NCBI RefSeq assembly: GCF_001194135.2 | Contig: NC_068984.1 | Span: 31,911,953 to 31,975,247 of the forward strand | Direction: 5' to 3' | DNA: 63,295 nucleotides | From: Octopus bimaculoides | Taxonomy: Eukaryota | Made by a program: the position numbers and the translations under genes | Part shown: positions 27,413 through 41,746 of the stretch, piece after piece | Numbering within the stretch: position 1 is the first letter of the stretch | Layout: every line of letters begins with the position of its first letter | Notes under the pieces: generated by a model | What the model saw: the letters and a program-made list of their open reading frames with translations, nothing else | The model's database searches: none | What the model was told of the DNA's origin: nothing

Positions 27413-30098
27413 ATCAATAGATATTCTTCTAATTCTTTTACTTTTCAGTCAAAGGAGTTTAGCTATACTGGGGTTCTATCTTAAAATGCTTGATTGTTCA
27501 AATCAACTTCGGTACTCATTTTGAAGTTTGCTACTTGTTCCATCGTTCAATTTTTGCTGAACCACTAAGTTATAGAGAGGTAAACAAAACGACGTCAACT
27601 GAAAGACAGTGACAAAGATAAACAAATGCAAAGACACACATGCTTACAGATACAGGCAAAACTTTGTATATGTGTGCACATATCTATACACATATACACA
27701 ATGAGTTTCCATATAGTAGATGATTACCTAATCATTAGTTGGCCCTGAGGTAAAAATAAAATAGTTATGTGTTAAATAATAGAATTTAGAATTGTTGTAC
27801 ATATTTATTTGACCTATCGTTTGGGAAAAAGTTTTCAGCAATACAATATATCATATGCTATTACAGTGTCATAAATTTATAGTAGAATCTGATATATAGA
27901 AAAATATTCTACTGCCTTTGGGTAACATAATATGTAAGTAAATATTGCTAGAAATTAAATATCAAAATATCTATGAAGTTTCAGGATGAAATGATTTATG
28001 TGTAATGTATAATAATGTAAATAAAAATACATAAGAATGTTCAATAGTGGATATGAAATTTAAATTCAAGTATAGTTATGAAAAAAATTAAAATGTCTAG
28101 TCAAAACTAGATAAAATGTTTCAAATAAAAATAAATCAATAAAAATTAATGTATAAAACACAGACAGGTTAAGCAATTTCATCAGTTAGCAAATGCTTGC
28201 TTCTAGTCTTTTACTAAAAATAGTTGCTTAATACAACTTTTATGAAACATGTGAGTGAAGGCAGCTCATTTCTAAGTTCAATTATTTTATTAAAAGATTA
28301 CGTGTGTCATGGTTAAACCAAAAAATATGTAATCTAAAAATTGACCTCAAATACTTTGACATGGATGCTAACTAAAAAAAAATTCATAAGTAACATCAAG
28401 TTGGTTATTAATTTCTCTTTACATCATGGTTAAATCTCTAATACTCTATATTCTAGTGTTTGTAAATGAGAAACATATTTAGCATATAACATTATTTACA
28501 CACTTTTATGAATCATCTATATAGACCAAATATTAAATTGGTCATAGAAAATTATCTTGCAGCACTTTGGAAGTGATTAAACAAGTATCTGAAAAAACAC
28601 TAGTAAATGAAATAGAAAACTTTCAATCAATTCAGTAATTTACCTGTCACATGAAACTTAATTAGTTATTTTTAAATCAATTTTGGATGCAAAACATTAT
28701 CAAATACCTTAACAAAACCCAGATATAATTTATCAAACGTCAATTATTATCACAAAGTTTTATCCATTCCTTTAAATGCATTAAAAGTTAACTATCTCTT
28801 AATCTTTTAGATGTGAATCCAAACTCTAAATCGAATATAAAGCTATTTGCTTCTTAAAAAATGTACAAATTTTCTTTAATTATCACTTCCATAACTATAT
28901 TAGTAGTAGCAAACAAATGGGACGATTATTTGTAACTTCTGATAAGAAAATCTTTTCAAATAAACGAAATTTTTTGAAATTTTCCACTGACTGAGAAATG
29001 TTCTAGCTTAAAATAGAAATATAAAATTTTAAAAAGTCGTTCTGAAATTTAATGTGTTAAGTTTTTAAGAAATAGTGAAGAATACCATCTGGGCCCGACA
29101 ATCTTTCAAATTCAATTTTGAAAGATAATCAAAAAACAGTATCAGATTTAAATCTTTAGCAAAATTTCATCTCAGTAATCTAAAAAAAAAAAATTTTTTT
29201 TAATGGAAACAACAACTTATCTAAATTATTCTTTCATGTAAATCCTCAAGAATTAATTACCCTCAGAAAGTGCTACATGTATTTTGTTTTTACAACTTTA
29301 ACTAGATTTATTATATTTTCACAGTCTTTCTTATCAGATTTAGAGTTTAATACATGTACTTCATAGTTAGATATCTCAAAGTCTTAACTTTTCAAACCAT
29401 ACGTGAAACAAATTTTAATATTTAGAGACACTAAAATTATTCTTATATTTCTTAAGCAACTTTTCTATTTCCTATGTAATATTCATATGATGATATATCA
29501 GACTGTGCTCAGTAGAATGAATCAAACAAAGTAACAAAATTCAGTTACACATGCACAAAAAAACAAAATGCTAGAAGATTTACAGAAAGCTGAAAACTGG
29601 TCAACTGTTGTGCAGTAGACAAAAAGATGACAACATTGTTTAGTTTAAATAAGTAGAAATAGTGTTATAATAGTTAATTTCAAATAGCAAAATTTAAGTT
29701 TCATATTATTATCATTGGCTATACTATATGGCTTCATTGTTCTTTTAATCTAAAAATGATCTGAATTTGAAAAAAATAGATTCGTATTCATAATTTTTGT
29801 TATCAAGACAACTTCAATTATAAAGATTAAATCTAAAATATTGCTACAGTTATGAGATGAAAATAATATAACAAAAATATTCTAAACCAATTTCTATAAA
29901 GTAATTGTAAAAGTTATTATCAGTAGTTGAATGATTTGATGCAAAATTGTCCCTTTTAAGGAATGGTTAATTACAGTCTCTATAAAATAGTGTTTTGTAT
30001 TTTAAGTTTTGAAGTTTACGAATGTGACGAATGATGGAATATTAATTATTAACATGACATAATTACCCAAACGAGAGAAGAAATACTCACCTAGTCAT

Positions 30099-30272
30099 GG
30101 GTGCAGGCATGGCTGTGTGATAGGAAGTTTGCTTCCCAATCACATGGTTCCAATTTGTGTCCCACTGTATAGCATTTTGAGCAAGTGCCTTCCACTGAGG
30201 CCGATCAAAACTTTGTGAGTGGAGTCAGTAGACAGAAACTGAAAGACTATTGTAGATATATATATATGTATA
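30099..30272 (+). mobile_element. tRNA-derived SINE family A, 5' half (interrupted)
   Basis: gcatggctgtgtgataggaagtttgcttcccaatcacatggttcc...gagcaagtgcc...gtagacagaaactgaaag followed by (TA)n. Confidence 0.8.
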
Positions 30273-31025
30273 TGTAACGACCGTGCGATCAGGAGAGGTG
30301 ACGAGGAATGGCTCCTTTAGTTTATCACATGGTCGATACAAATAAAAATATGAAAAGTGGATAAATGCGTATAAGTGCCAGAAGAAAAAGAGAGACACAG
30401 CCAGTAGAATGTTTAAGGGAAAATTTTATTTATAGGTTAACATGTATGTCTCTGTGTGTGACATATAAACATAATAATAGACAGGCCGTTATGTATACAA
30501 AGTGTATGTGTAAAACACAGATGTATGTGTGTGCAATAAGTACAGAGCATAGAAATATGTCAATAAGATGATAAATACCAGTTCGTAGTCAAGGTACACA
30601 GTAGTTGAGGTGCTGTATCAAGAAGTTGTGGAAGCAATGCAGAGCCGAGGAGAGGCACATGTCGTGTAAGAAGTTGTGGTTTCAAAGCTGCTGCCAGTTA
30701 CTTGTTACAGAAGGTTGTCGCAGGTTGTATTTGCTGTTAACTATGGTGAAGTAATTCACAGTGTGGAGATAGAGCCTATGCGAGCGTTGCTGGTGGTGTG
30801 TACGTAGAAAAGTTGATGTCTTTAAGAAGATGATGGTGGCGACGAAAATGGAATCTGTTGCTGGACGAAGTGTTGATGAGTTTCCATGTGGCTGTTGTTG
30901 TGTCGTCGCTGGAACTGGCTCTGTGGTCAGTGGCTAAACCTCAGAAGGTCTGGAACCAAACGAATTTCTTTATTAACCTATAAAAGGTACACATAGAGGA
31001 GACATCACAAGGGACAGGCATTACA
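30273..31025 (-). mobile_element. Probable solo LTR (gypsy-like)
   Basis: Termini TGTAAC...CATTACA (TGTAA inverted ends); minus-strand AATAAA at 30425-30430; CpG-rich; no TSD seen. Confidence 0.6.
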
Positions 31026-31149
31026 TTCTTACACAACAAAGTTTTGGTTACGAATGAGATTAAAAATTATATAAACGTAGGAGGGTGAATTAATAAAATT
31101 ATATACGATAATAAAATAAAATAATGTTCCGCGTTAATTTTAATTGTTT

Positions 31150-33580
31150 TCTTCTTTTAGGTTGCTTTTTCCTTCCTTTTTGTTTTGACCGACTATGCTA
31201 GCACGGCCCCATTCATTCTCAACTTTCTTACTACTGACATCCATCTTTTCCCGAACGTACTTTGCAACAAGCTCCTCTTCTCCAGACACATTTTACTTGC
31301 CAGATGGAAGTTGAAATAATCCATCAGCCCGCGTTCAGAGATGAACTGGCCTATCACAATCCCTTTCACTCGAGTTCTCCATACAGTCTCTTTCGGTATG
31401 GCTACTACGCAGAGAAATGCTGCCTTCTTTTCTTTGTTGAACGAAGAAGGTGGTACGATCTTTATCATGGACTCAGTCGAGAGCCGTACTCTTTCCGCAT
31501 CCGACATCAGCTGTTCGACATAGGTTATCAACTCCTTCAACTCCTCACAGTGTACGAAGGCGTGCTAGACCGTTTCACTGGCACGTCCGCACCTCGGACA
31601 CGTGGGGGAGGTGTTAAAACCATGTCTAGACAACCTCTCTCGAACCGGCAAGGCCGATCGGTAGCACAACCAGGTCAAGGATTTCTGGAAGTTATCCAAG
31701 AACCTCGGTCCAAAGGTTCTTCCGAAAAGGCTGGTTAGCTGCTCCTCATCGAGGCCCAGAGTTTCCCCAGGGTATCAGTGGACTTAAGCTCTACCAACCC
31801 TCTATAAAATTCCGCAGTGGTAACCCGACTGCCAACGTTGCTCACCCGAGAGAAAAGAGCGAGTGCTTGTCTGCACTCCCACTGCCGCCCTAGGTCTCTG
31901 CTTGATCCATGTGCTGAAGTCCGTAAGTGACTTTAATTGCGGAAAGAGTTGCTTGGCATGCAGTGACCACACCTGCTCACCATCCAGGTTGCACTGGAGA
32001 TGGCTCAGCCTCAGCGTGTACTTACACATCATAAGCAAGGCATTCCCAGCCCACCCTTTAAAAAATTTTGGCAGCAGATGGAGCGCCTCACAAGTGGCAT
32101 TTTCCTTCTTCACAAAAAGTGGAAAAAGATCCGTTCCAACTTGTTAAGCCACACACCGGGGCAAGGCACGACGATTAGGCGGTAGGTTATCACTGATGCT
32201 ATAAACACCTGTGTAACCCCGGCCCTTCCCAACAAGGACAACGTCCTCTCAGACCAAGTCTGGGCTATGGCCGATATCTTGCTCACCACCTCGCTCCAGT
32301 TCTTCTCCACTTGGAGATCCAAACCAGATCCTGAGCATTATAACCGGACCCTCCGTCCAGCGTCCGACAACGCTGTTGGGGGGCATCGACTTGCCCCGCC
32401 AGGTGCCGAGTTGCAAGCCGACTGATTTCCCCTGGTAAATCTTAGCTCCTGACACCGTCTCGTATCCTTTGATGGCGTCTTCTACACGAAGTAGCTGCCC
32501 TTCATCAGATATGATGATGGTGACATCATCCGCATATGCCGTCGCATTTCTCCCGTAACAGAGATCACGCGGGTCCGCCCCCATATTCCCTAGCCTCCAC
32601 AACAGTGGCTCAAATGCCAATACGTACAGTAGCGGGGACAAGGGGCAGCCCTGGCGAACCGAACTCTCGATCGCGAAGATGTTCGAGAAGAACCTATTCA
32701 TCTGGACTACAGATTCGATATTGCAATACATGGCTTCGATCCAGCCCTGGAAGGACCACCGCCAGGTATCCATGGTCAACCCTATCGAAAGCCTTAGACT
32801 GGTCTAAATTCACCATTTCCCCACTTTTGCCAGGAATTTTACCAACCCGCTCTATGGTGTAGTGAATGAGGCGAAGGTTGTCGTGTATCGTCCTTCCTGG
32901 GATGGCACATGTCTGTGCCTCTCCTACCAGGTCGCCCACGACAATCATCACACTCTTAGCCTAGCACCTTGGCCAAAATCTTTAACTCTGTGTTTAGCAG
33001 AGTTATGAGCCGAAAACTATTAATGTTATCCCCCTTGCTCAGGTCCTTCCTGATCAGTGTCACCACTCCTCGGCTCACAACTTTGGGAATTCTCCCATTC
33101 TGCTGCCAATTCGTGTACATGCTGGCCAGTATTTTTCCGAGCATACTTTTATAAAATTCATAAGGTAGATCATCCAATCCCGGTGACTTGTCCCCAGGGC
33201 ACTCGAAAAGCACCGCTATAACCTCCTAGGCCGTGATCGGTCCTTCACAGCGCTCAGCACCACGTGCCAAAAGACAAGCGGTCGCCGACCAGGAAACGCC
33301 GTAAGGCATCCCCATGGTTCAACGTCCCGCCCTCCCGAACAACGCGGCGAATTACTTGTGAAAGGCCTCGCATATCTCTTCTTGTCCTTGGATCTCCTGT
33401 CCGTGCTCATCTACTACAGACCCAATCGTAGCTTCTGCGCCATGTCGGGTTTCTTCCGAGCGAGCCCATCCGGCAACATTGATATCCTCGAGGCCCATTG
33501 CACGTATCTTAGCCTGGACTCTGCATCCTTCGTGTTTGGCATTGAGGTGTCGGTCCAGTGCCGATCTCACCGCATATAAG
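31150..33580 (-). mobile_element. 5'-truncated L1/Tx1-clade LINE ORF2 (RT), frameshifted
   Basis: KSPGLDDLPYEFY, NSFRLITLLNTELKILAKVL, GRTIHDNL, LDQSKAFDRVDH, SSVRQGCPLSPLLY, AYADD (32525-32536) and WSERTLSLLGR. Confidence 0.92.
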
Positions 33581-33764
33581 GGATATGCTCAACTGGTTAA
33601 GGTCAAGCAACTAAGAAGCAAACCTGTGGTACAGAGCAGAATATTTTCTGTAGCCCATCTTTTATATCAAAACATGTACATGATAACATGTACATGATAA
33701 CACTTCTAATCAGTTAAGATCAGAAGCCATGAGAGCCATTGCCTGACGCTGTATCAAGAAATGT

Positions 33765-33769
33765 TATTA

Positions 33770-33819
<50 letters not shown>

Positions 33820-33933
33820 GTTATTATTATTATTGCCTTTGCACAGCTTCTAACGCTGGAAATGCACTACAGTGTCAATTGTTCTCTACCAGTGAACTAA
33901 GGTATTACCACTTATTTTTCGAGCACCTTCTGG

Positions 33934-33978
<45 letters not shown>
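33765..33978. repeat. Two (ATT)n tracts flanking a short repeat-derived segment
   Basis: Directly visible. Confidence 0.85.
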
Positions 33979-33979
<1 letters not shown>

Positions 33980-34959
33980 GCATACCCATGTCATCAAGAA
34001 TACCAATAAAGATAGAAAATGGCACATGAAAACAATGGAAGAAGCCATTGATAAATGTTAGCAGTCAAATGCATATATGTTCAAATACAGAATTGAAGAA
34101 CTTCGACAATCATATATGGTTATAAAGTCTCTGTTAAAAATATTATCATCAATCTAATATATATATGTATGTATGTATGTATGTATCTTTGTATGTATGT
34201 ATGTGTGAATGAATGTATCAAACATCTGCACTTTTATGATTGCATTGATCAGACAGATTTTCCATAGGTGGATGCCATTTCCATTGCCATCCCTCACCTG
34301 TTTCCAAGTAAGGTAATATATCACCATGCTCAGACATGATTACATCGAAGATTGGAAACAAAGACCACCTCTTGCATGACAGAGACAGTAAAATAAACAT
34401 ACCCAAATACACATCTAGTGGATTGATGGTGCAATCATGATGTTCTGGTGATCTGATAGACTAACTTCCCTTATTTCCATTGGCTTGTGAATATACATTT
34501 GTAGTGAATAATGTTGAGTGTAAATATTAATTCTAATATGTAACCATGTAACAATGTAACAATGCCAACATGTAACTATGATTTGTTTCACACTGAAATT
34601 AATTTTGTATGAAAAATGGTGTGACATGACCATAATCCTAAGGATGTTACATGGTTAAATGAATATATATTATCTTCTCATATCTCCTGGTTTTTATGGT
34701 TTATATGTACACATATGCATATAAATGTATTAGCTTAGTTTAGCTCATGACAAGCCAGCAAAGATAATGACAGTGTTAATCCAAGACGTCCCCCCACATC
34801 CAGTACATTGTTTCTCATGGGAGCAGATGTGGTTGATAAGACTGATATGAGGTAGGCAGATGCTGGTGTGTTAAGGGCAATGAATATGAATCCAAACAGC
34901 AACTGCAAGGGGTTAATGATAACTTCTCCTCTCTTCATTTAGTTTTCTACATTCAATTA

Positions 34960-35430
34960 CAAAGCACTTTACTCCAACATTACACATGGACCTCTATGTC
35001 TTCCAGTTAACAACCAGTGGCTCAAACCGATTAGGAGGGACACCACAAAGAATGAGAGGCAGCTTGAGATGATCGTGAAAATGAAGTATTGGACGTCCAT
35101 GTGGCTTACATCCAGTCTCAATCTTGTTGAAGGGGATCATCTTTGGGAGCCTTTACCCAGCATGCAAATCGCATGGCCTGTTCAGAGAAGAAGTTCTATG
35201 CTGTAGATCCTAGCCCTCTGGAGAATTTCAATATAAGACACTTTGTCCTGCCATGTGAGATAAAAAATCTGACATGGGACACTTCCAGTTGTCTGATTGG
35301 GTGCAGATAAAGGGTCCAAGACTCAGATTTATACAGGAGGATGGATACTTGAACAGCTCGATAAATGGGTATATTTTCACTTGCTCTAAGGCTCATTCTG
35401 AAAGACTTGTTCACTGAGTCTCCCAAAAGA
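34960..35430 (-). mobile_element. RTE (BovB-like) LINE 3' ORF fragment
   Basis: IYRAVQVSILLYKSESWTLY, then GCKPHGRP...DHLKL.L..CG, typical of the RTE RT C-terminus. Confidence 0.8.
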
Positions 35431-35806
35431 TGTAGAGGTCAACTTGATCTGACAGGCTGACAGAAGTGAGTACATTTACATATATATGTGTGTGTATGCG
35501 TGGGTGTGAGTGTGTATATATATATATATATATATAAAATTTTAGGGAATAATAAGTATTCCAGGTTATCAGGAAATTTACTATTTTACACTTTACTAAT
35601 GCAATGTTAACAGTATCATTTATAATATTATTACAAATTTGGTATTTTGCCAATAGAACCACAGCTTCTATTTCAGGACAACCTTACTGTATGAAATACA
35701 CATAGAAAGTTATATCCAATAAAATAATAATAATAAAATAATATAAGCATTTAAAAACCTACTATAAAATATAATAAAATTATTTGAAAAAATATATGTA
35801 ACTTAC

Positions 35807-35924
35807 CTGTTATTAGTCTGTGGAGAAAGAAGACATTTCTAATCAATGCTGCACGTGTTTCTGTGCTGGTGGGGTGTTTATTAATGCCATACCTAATACA
35901 TAAATCCACCAGTGCGTCCTCAGG
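35807..35924 (-). CDS. Candidate internal exon of an unknown gene (PEDALVDLCIRYGINKHPTSTETRAALIRNVFFLHRLIT)
   Basis: Consensus donor CAG|GTAAGT at 35801-35809; 118-nt open, GC-richer block within very AT-rich flanks; acceptor lacks a good pyrimidine tract. Confidence 0.35.
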
Positions 35925-35977
35925 CTATTTATCTTATTGTTATTATTATTAATGGATCAAACTTCAAAATACATATC

Positions 35978-36143
35978 ATAAGTCATATTAAAAAGAAAAA
36001 TAAGAATATGAATAAAAATATAATAAAGATATATTTGTAATGTATATATAATGAATAAAAATATAATAAAAATATATACATTACAAATATATCTTTATTA
36101 TATTTTTATTCATATTCTTATTTTTGTGTTTAATATGACTTAT
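35978..36143. repeat. AT-rich palindrome, 71-bp arms, 24-bp spacer
   Basis: 35978-36048 matches the reverse complement of 36073-36143 at 69/71. Confidence 0.95.
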
Positions 36144-36679
36144 AATAATTATGTAAAAATAGCACATAATATTAGATTAATGAAACTCAACTAAATTTAA
36201 AGACTCAGCATAAAATATTTTTTATAGCTTCTTCACTGTAGCTTCTTCGCCCAAACTTATCCAGATATTAAGAAACATTTTAAGAAACATTTGGGGGCTA
36301 TAGCAGAAGATACTTGCCCAAGGTTCCATGCAGTGCGACTGAATCTGGAACCATGTCATTGGGAAGCAAGCTTCTTACCACACAGCCATTCGATTCATAA
36401 TTGAAATTATTAGACATTTTATGACTGTCTTTAGGCAGAAATATATTTTAGGCAGATGAAAATATATTACTTGTTTCTGACTGATTAATTAGTTGTTCCT
36501 GAGAGAAAACAACTTAACATAAGAATTTAGTTGCCAAATACTGTTTCTCTCTTCATTTGTTCTGTCAGCATTTTTCCTTTGACTACTGACAACACAGTCT
36601 TGATTTCAAACTTTACCACAGAAATTATGTGGGGCTCTAATTTTTATATATAAGTAAATCAGAAGATGTGGACCAATTC

Positions 36680-37300
36680 CTGTAACTTTTGCAGCTTTCC
36701 TAAGTAAACGGATCCACGAGATTGACATGGCTAAGGTTAATATTGAACATCTTTTGAAAGAACATAAGAAAAGTAGATATTTCAAAGGGCTTCCTTTTTA
36801 ATTAAGAAGAACTGGGCTAAGTTTTCTGCGAAGTATTCCAAGTGAGAGACAGTAATTGTGATGGGCACAGAAGAAATGGAGTTAGACTGAGGAGGAAGCA
36901 GAGAGCTAGTTCGGAGTAATAGACGTTTCAGTACTGTTTCATTTGAAATAGTAAAGGCAGGGAGAAGAAACCATGTGTCTGTGAGCTAAAGAAAAAGGAT
37001 TGTTATTGAGGAAATCACAACCAATCACTAAATAGTTTAAAGATATCTCAAGTAATGGGTAAGATGGGAAGTTCAACAATTTGGACATTTGCCTTTTCTC
37101 AAAAAAATAAAGCTGTTGCCATTATCCAAAACAAAAGCTGTGATTCAGAAAAAAGAATTGTGAAATTGAAAACTAGGGGAAGATGAAGGTCAGTGCTTTA
37201 TGGTGGAGTTTGAAGTGGTGTGAATTGTGTGGAAGATGCATGAAGCTGGAGGAGTAAAATATGGGAAACTAGTCAATTAGTTGCCAGCTAAATGTCAATG
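36680..37300 (-). mobile_element. Very degenerate CR1/Jockey-like LINE fragment
   Basis: Weak remnants (NSFI..RK, ENLAQ.F) of the endonuclease-RT linker; GC-richer block. Confidence 0.3.
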
Positions 37301-39533
37301 GTTCAGTGGGATGGGATAGTACATAAAAGACAAAGGTATGTAATATGGAAAGGAGACTGGGAACAAAGAGATGCGTGTGTTATCATATACATGATAACAT
37401 GGTAACATAGACATCACTCAAAAGGTTGTTCTAAAAAAACACTTGTTTCAACAGCTCAAAAGTAATATGCATTGATCTGCCCAGGGGAAAAGAAAACGAC
37501 TCCCACAGAATCAATTTATATAACTTTTCATATTCAGTAATTCATGAAATCATTCATTTCCTTAGATATATTTTTTTAATTTCTATATTTGTTTTAGTAT
37601 ATCTTTGTGAGGAAAGAAGTTGATTCCTTATTCTTTTGCAGAGTAGCTAATATTATAAAATAATACACAATCTACCACTTGCATGTTAACAGGGAATAAA
37701 GAATTAGACAAAGCCAAAGAAAATAACCCAGTCAAAGAGATTGTATTTTCCATTTTGAATGTGGCCATGCATACTTTTAGTTTTTGGTTAGTGTTCTGTT
37801 ATAAAACTAAGATGTATTATAATTTATGCTTTAAAAGAAGGAAAAATAGGGAGCAAGGCAAAGCTTACAGTATGTTTAATTTCATTAATACATATATGGG
37901 AGTTCAAAATCATCCTACTTCATTTGTCATCCCTCCTGATATTTCCTCTGACACAAGAACCATCTCTCCATGGAGACAACATTAAATTCTGCTTTAATGG
38001 CAAGAATTGAGTGAGCAACAAATATATTCCTTAGTAAAATGTTAATCTCTTACATGTAATATCTCCAAATTATCTTGATACTTATGGTGGATACTTAAAA
38101 GAATTAAGCAATATTAAATAAAAAAAAGCAGTTATTCAAAAATATTGTATCCATTTGGTAATTTCATCTCAGTATTATTCAAACCCAGACCAAGTATGTA
38201 AAGTATTCTAAATACAAAATACAATATTTAAACAGCCACACCTGCTGCATAAAATAATTAGCTTCATTCATTGTAAAAAAGAATAAAATAAAATGCATGT
38301 TTGTTATATTGTACTTTGATTTTTCTAAACCCATTACAGGTGTTTTACACAGCATCTGAATCTGCATAAGAATTGTCTTATTAATGTTGAAATAATATTA
38401 TAAACTAATGGATGACACAATTAAAACATTATTATAACTTTCTATTGCATTTTTAAAGTTTAGCTGTAAATATCCATCAGGATCAAATCTGTTTTATATT
38501 GTTGGTAAACAGACATCTGATTTCATTTGAGTAAGAAATGCATAACATGTAAAATATCTATTATAGTTGAAATACTTGATTTAGTAGAATTAGCATCTTG
38601 GTGAAGTTATAGTAGAAGTTGCCAAACAGTGCACAGCAGGAGTCATCTATACACCATCCAGATTTTAAAAAATATATTTTAAGGCTTTAAAAAATTACTC
38701 AATTGCTTTAATTTTTTGCAAATATGTTATTCACAAATATGAGAGTAATAAATGAAGATATATTTAAATAAGATTTTTTAAAAACTTTCTAAGTGAAGTG
38801 CATCAGTAAATCATTTTTTTATACAGAATTTCATCCCATCTAAATTTGATTCCTGATAAACACTTGTTTATCTTTGTTATTGCCTGTATCCTATAGCATA
38901 TGTTTGCATATGTATGCCCAGGGTTAACATATGTAATTTATACTGGTAACAAAACTGATATTCTTATCCCTTAGATTGTTATTCCAACCGCTAACTCTNN
39001 NNNNNNNNNNNNNNNNNNNNNNNNNNNNNNNNNNNNNNNNNNNNNNNNNNNNNNNNNNNNNNNNNNNNNNNNNNNNNNNNNNNNNNNNNNNNNNNNNNNN
39101 NNNNNNNNNNNNNNNNNNNNNNNNNNNNNNNNNNNNNNNNNNNNNNNNNNNNNNNNNNNNNNNNNNNNNNNNNNNNNNNNNNNNNNNNNNNNNNNNNNNN
39201 NNNNNNNNNNNNNNNNNNNNNNNNNNNNNNNNNNNNNNNNNNNNNNNATATATCTGCATACATATATTTATAAGTACCTTGATATATGTGGAGGCATATG
39301 TTATACTGGTTGGTGTGTTGCACTTATCAGTGTGAAATTTTGGTTTCAATATTCCAGAGTTGTATGGTGTTTTTCAGTAAAACACTTCATTTCACATTGC
39401 TCCAATCCATTCAGCTAGCAAGAATGAGTAATCCTACAATGAACCAACATCTCACCCAGGAGGGGAATATATTCGCCACAAAATTGGGGAAATGTGCCTC
39501 ATGAAGTGTCTTTGATGTTTTTATTTTTTTAAC

Positions 39534-39909
39534 AGGAGTGGCTGTGAGGTAAGTAGCTTGCTTACCAACCACATGATTCTGGATTCAGTTCCACTGCGTG
39601 GTACCTTGGGCAAGTGTCTTCTACTATAGCCTCGGGCTGACCAAAGCCTTGTGAGAGGATTTGGTAGATGGAAACTGAAAGGAGCCCGTTGTGTATATGT
39701 ATATATATGTATGTTTGTGTATATGTTTGTGTGTCTGTGTTTGCCCACCCCCCAACATCGCTTGACAACCGATGGTGGTGAGTTTACATCCCTGTAACTT
39801 GGCAGTTCGGCAAAAGAGGCCAATAGAATAAGTACTAGGCTTACAAAGAATAAGTCCTGGGGTCGATTTGCTTGACTGAAACAAGTAAAAAAGTAAAAGA
39901 GTAAAGAGT
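39534..39909 (+). mobile_element. Full-length tRNA-derived SINE family A
   Basis: A/B-box-like head gtggctgtgaggtaag...ggattcagttcc, ccttgggcaagtgtctt, central microsatellite, catcgcttgacaaccg, tail aagtaaaagagtaaagag. Confidence 0.92.
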
Positions 39910-40699
39910 ATATATACATATATATACACATGGATATGATATGTGCTTATACACACACACATTGAGGCTCTGATGAGCCTATTGGGTGATATACAATCAC
40001 ACAACTGTGAATGCATTGCATCTTATAGCAGTAAAAACTGTTAGCTGCTGAGGTTCATGGCATAATTTCTTATTCCCTTGTCATTTATCTAATTTCTTAT
40101 TATAATCTCTACTCAATGCATAATTCTGAAGCATATTGAGTTCTAATACCAAGTTATTAGTATTGCTATGCCTAAGCAAAATGTGAAAACATATAGACGG
40201 TATATATTGTGTGAACTTTTATTGTCTCCTGGTATTACTTAAATAATATGCTAGCATTACTTTAAATAAACATGATTTAATTTCAAATTTAAATGTGAAA
40301 CAATCCAAAGAATAAATTGTTTTCTATCTTTTTCATGTTATATGAAACCCCATACTGAGATTTTTAAGATATGATTTTTAAATGAGGCATTTTAATAATT
40401 TATCTACATATCAGAGAGCTCCTGCACAATACTGATGATGTAGCCTCATTCCAGGGCCTCAAAATAGTCACATGATAGAGCAGTGAAGCTTGCAAGTTGG
40501 TGCTGACTAGTAGAGTAACATGAAAGAAACAGCAATCTCACAATTTTCAAACAAGATGAGTCAATTTGCTATCATTATTACTTTTCACTTATTACAATAT
40601 TACTTTCCACTCACCAGTAAGTTTAGTATAATTCCAATGACAAAATAACAGTAGAAGTACTATACTCCTCCTCATCAGTGCTGATGTTGCTGTCTATCT

Positions 40700-41035
40700 C
40701 TATCTCTGGAGCATTTTCATGAAGAGTTTAGCTGAACAAATTGACCCAGTACTTATTTTTAAGTATGGCACTTATTTTATCAGTCTCCTTTGTGGAACCA
40801 CTAAGCCATGAAAATGTAAACAGACCAACACTGGTTGTCAAACTGTGGTGAGAGATATATACTTACAAAGACACACACATGCATATATGTATACACAGCA
40901 TACTTCTTTCATTTTCTGTTTGCCAAATACAATCACAAGGCTTTCGTTAGCCCATGGCTATAATAGAGAACACTAGCCCAAGATGTTATGCAGAGAGACT
41001 GAACCTAGAAACTTATGACTGGGAAACAAACTTTA
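40700..41035 (-). mobile_element. SINE family A, old copy
   Basis: Degenerate reverse complement of the 39534 copy. Confidence 0.75.
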
Positions 41036-41687
41036 CTTTTTAAATATTTTTTTATATCTTTATTTTTCAGTTTTCTTATCATTTATTGCTTGCTTCAATC
41101 CCTTTTCTTACCTTCCATTTCATCTCTCCACATGATTTCCTTTCTCATACAATATGACTATATTTATATACACCCCATAAAATCATATGCACCCCATATC
41201 AAGGCACACACACACACACACACTCTCTCTCTCACACACATGTATGCATGAATATTTTATGAATATTTGAGTGTGTGCATGCATATTTATGTTTGTGTGT
41301 GTTAGCATTCATATATCATTCAATTATTCTTTCATGAAAAAATATGGCTACGCATTTGTACATGCATATATGTTCATATGTAAGCATTCTACTTATTAAT
41401 AATCTATAGTATATTAATATTCTTTGTGTCCAGGTGTATTCAGATTTATGTCCTGCCACAACGAATTAGTTATGGCTGTTTTCCAGAATATTCTTCATTT
41501 GAGTATAAGAAATCATTTTTACCTCATTGCCTGTTTGTTAAGTTTGATAAGTGCTTAAGTATGAAACTCGATGGACTTTAGTAACTCTGTATTATTCCTG
41601 GCTAATTAAAAAAGATATATATCTATATGAGTGGAAGTATGTTTGTATACAGTCATACATACATATATATTAATATAGAGTATATAA

Positions 41688-41746
<59 letters not shown>

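Noticed and set aside
39534-39610. tRNA-like heads here and at 11335 and 55716
   Set aside because: They are SINE heads with A/B boxes but no complete cloverleaf, followed by SINE bodies
40615-40675. Signal-peptide-like MRRSIVLLLLFCHWNYTKLT|GTGAGT on the minus strand
   Set aside because: It abuts a SINE tail with no room for a promoter, and no phase-compatible next exon was found
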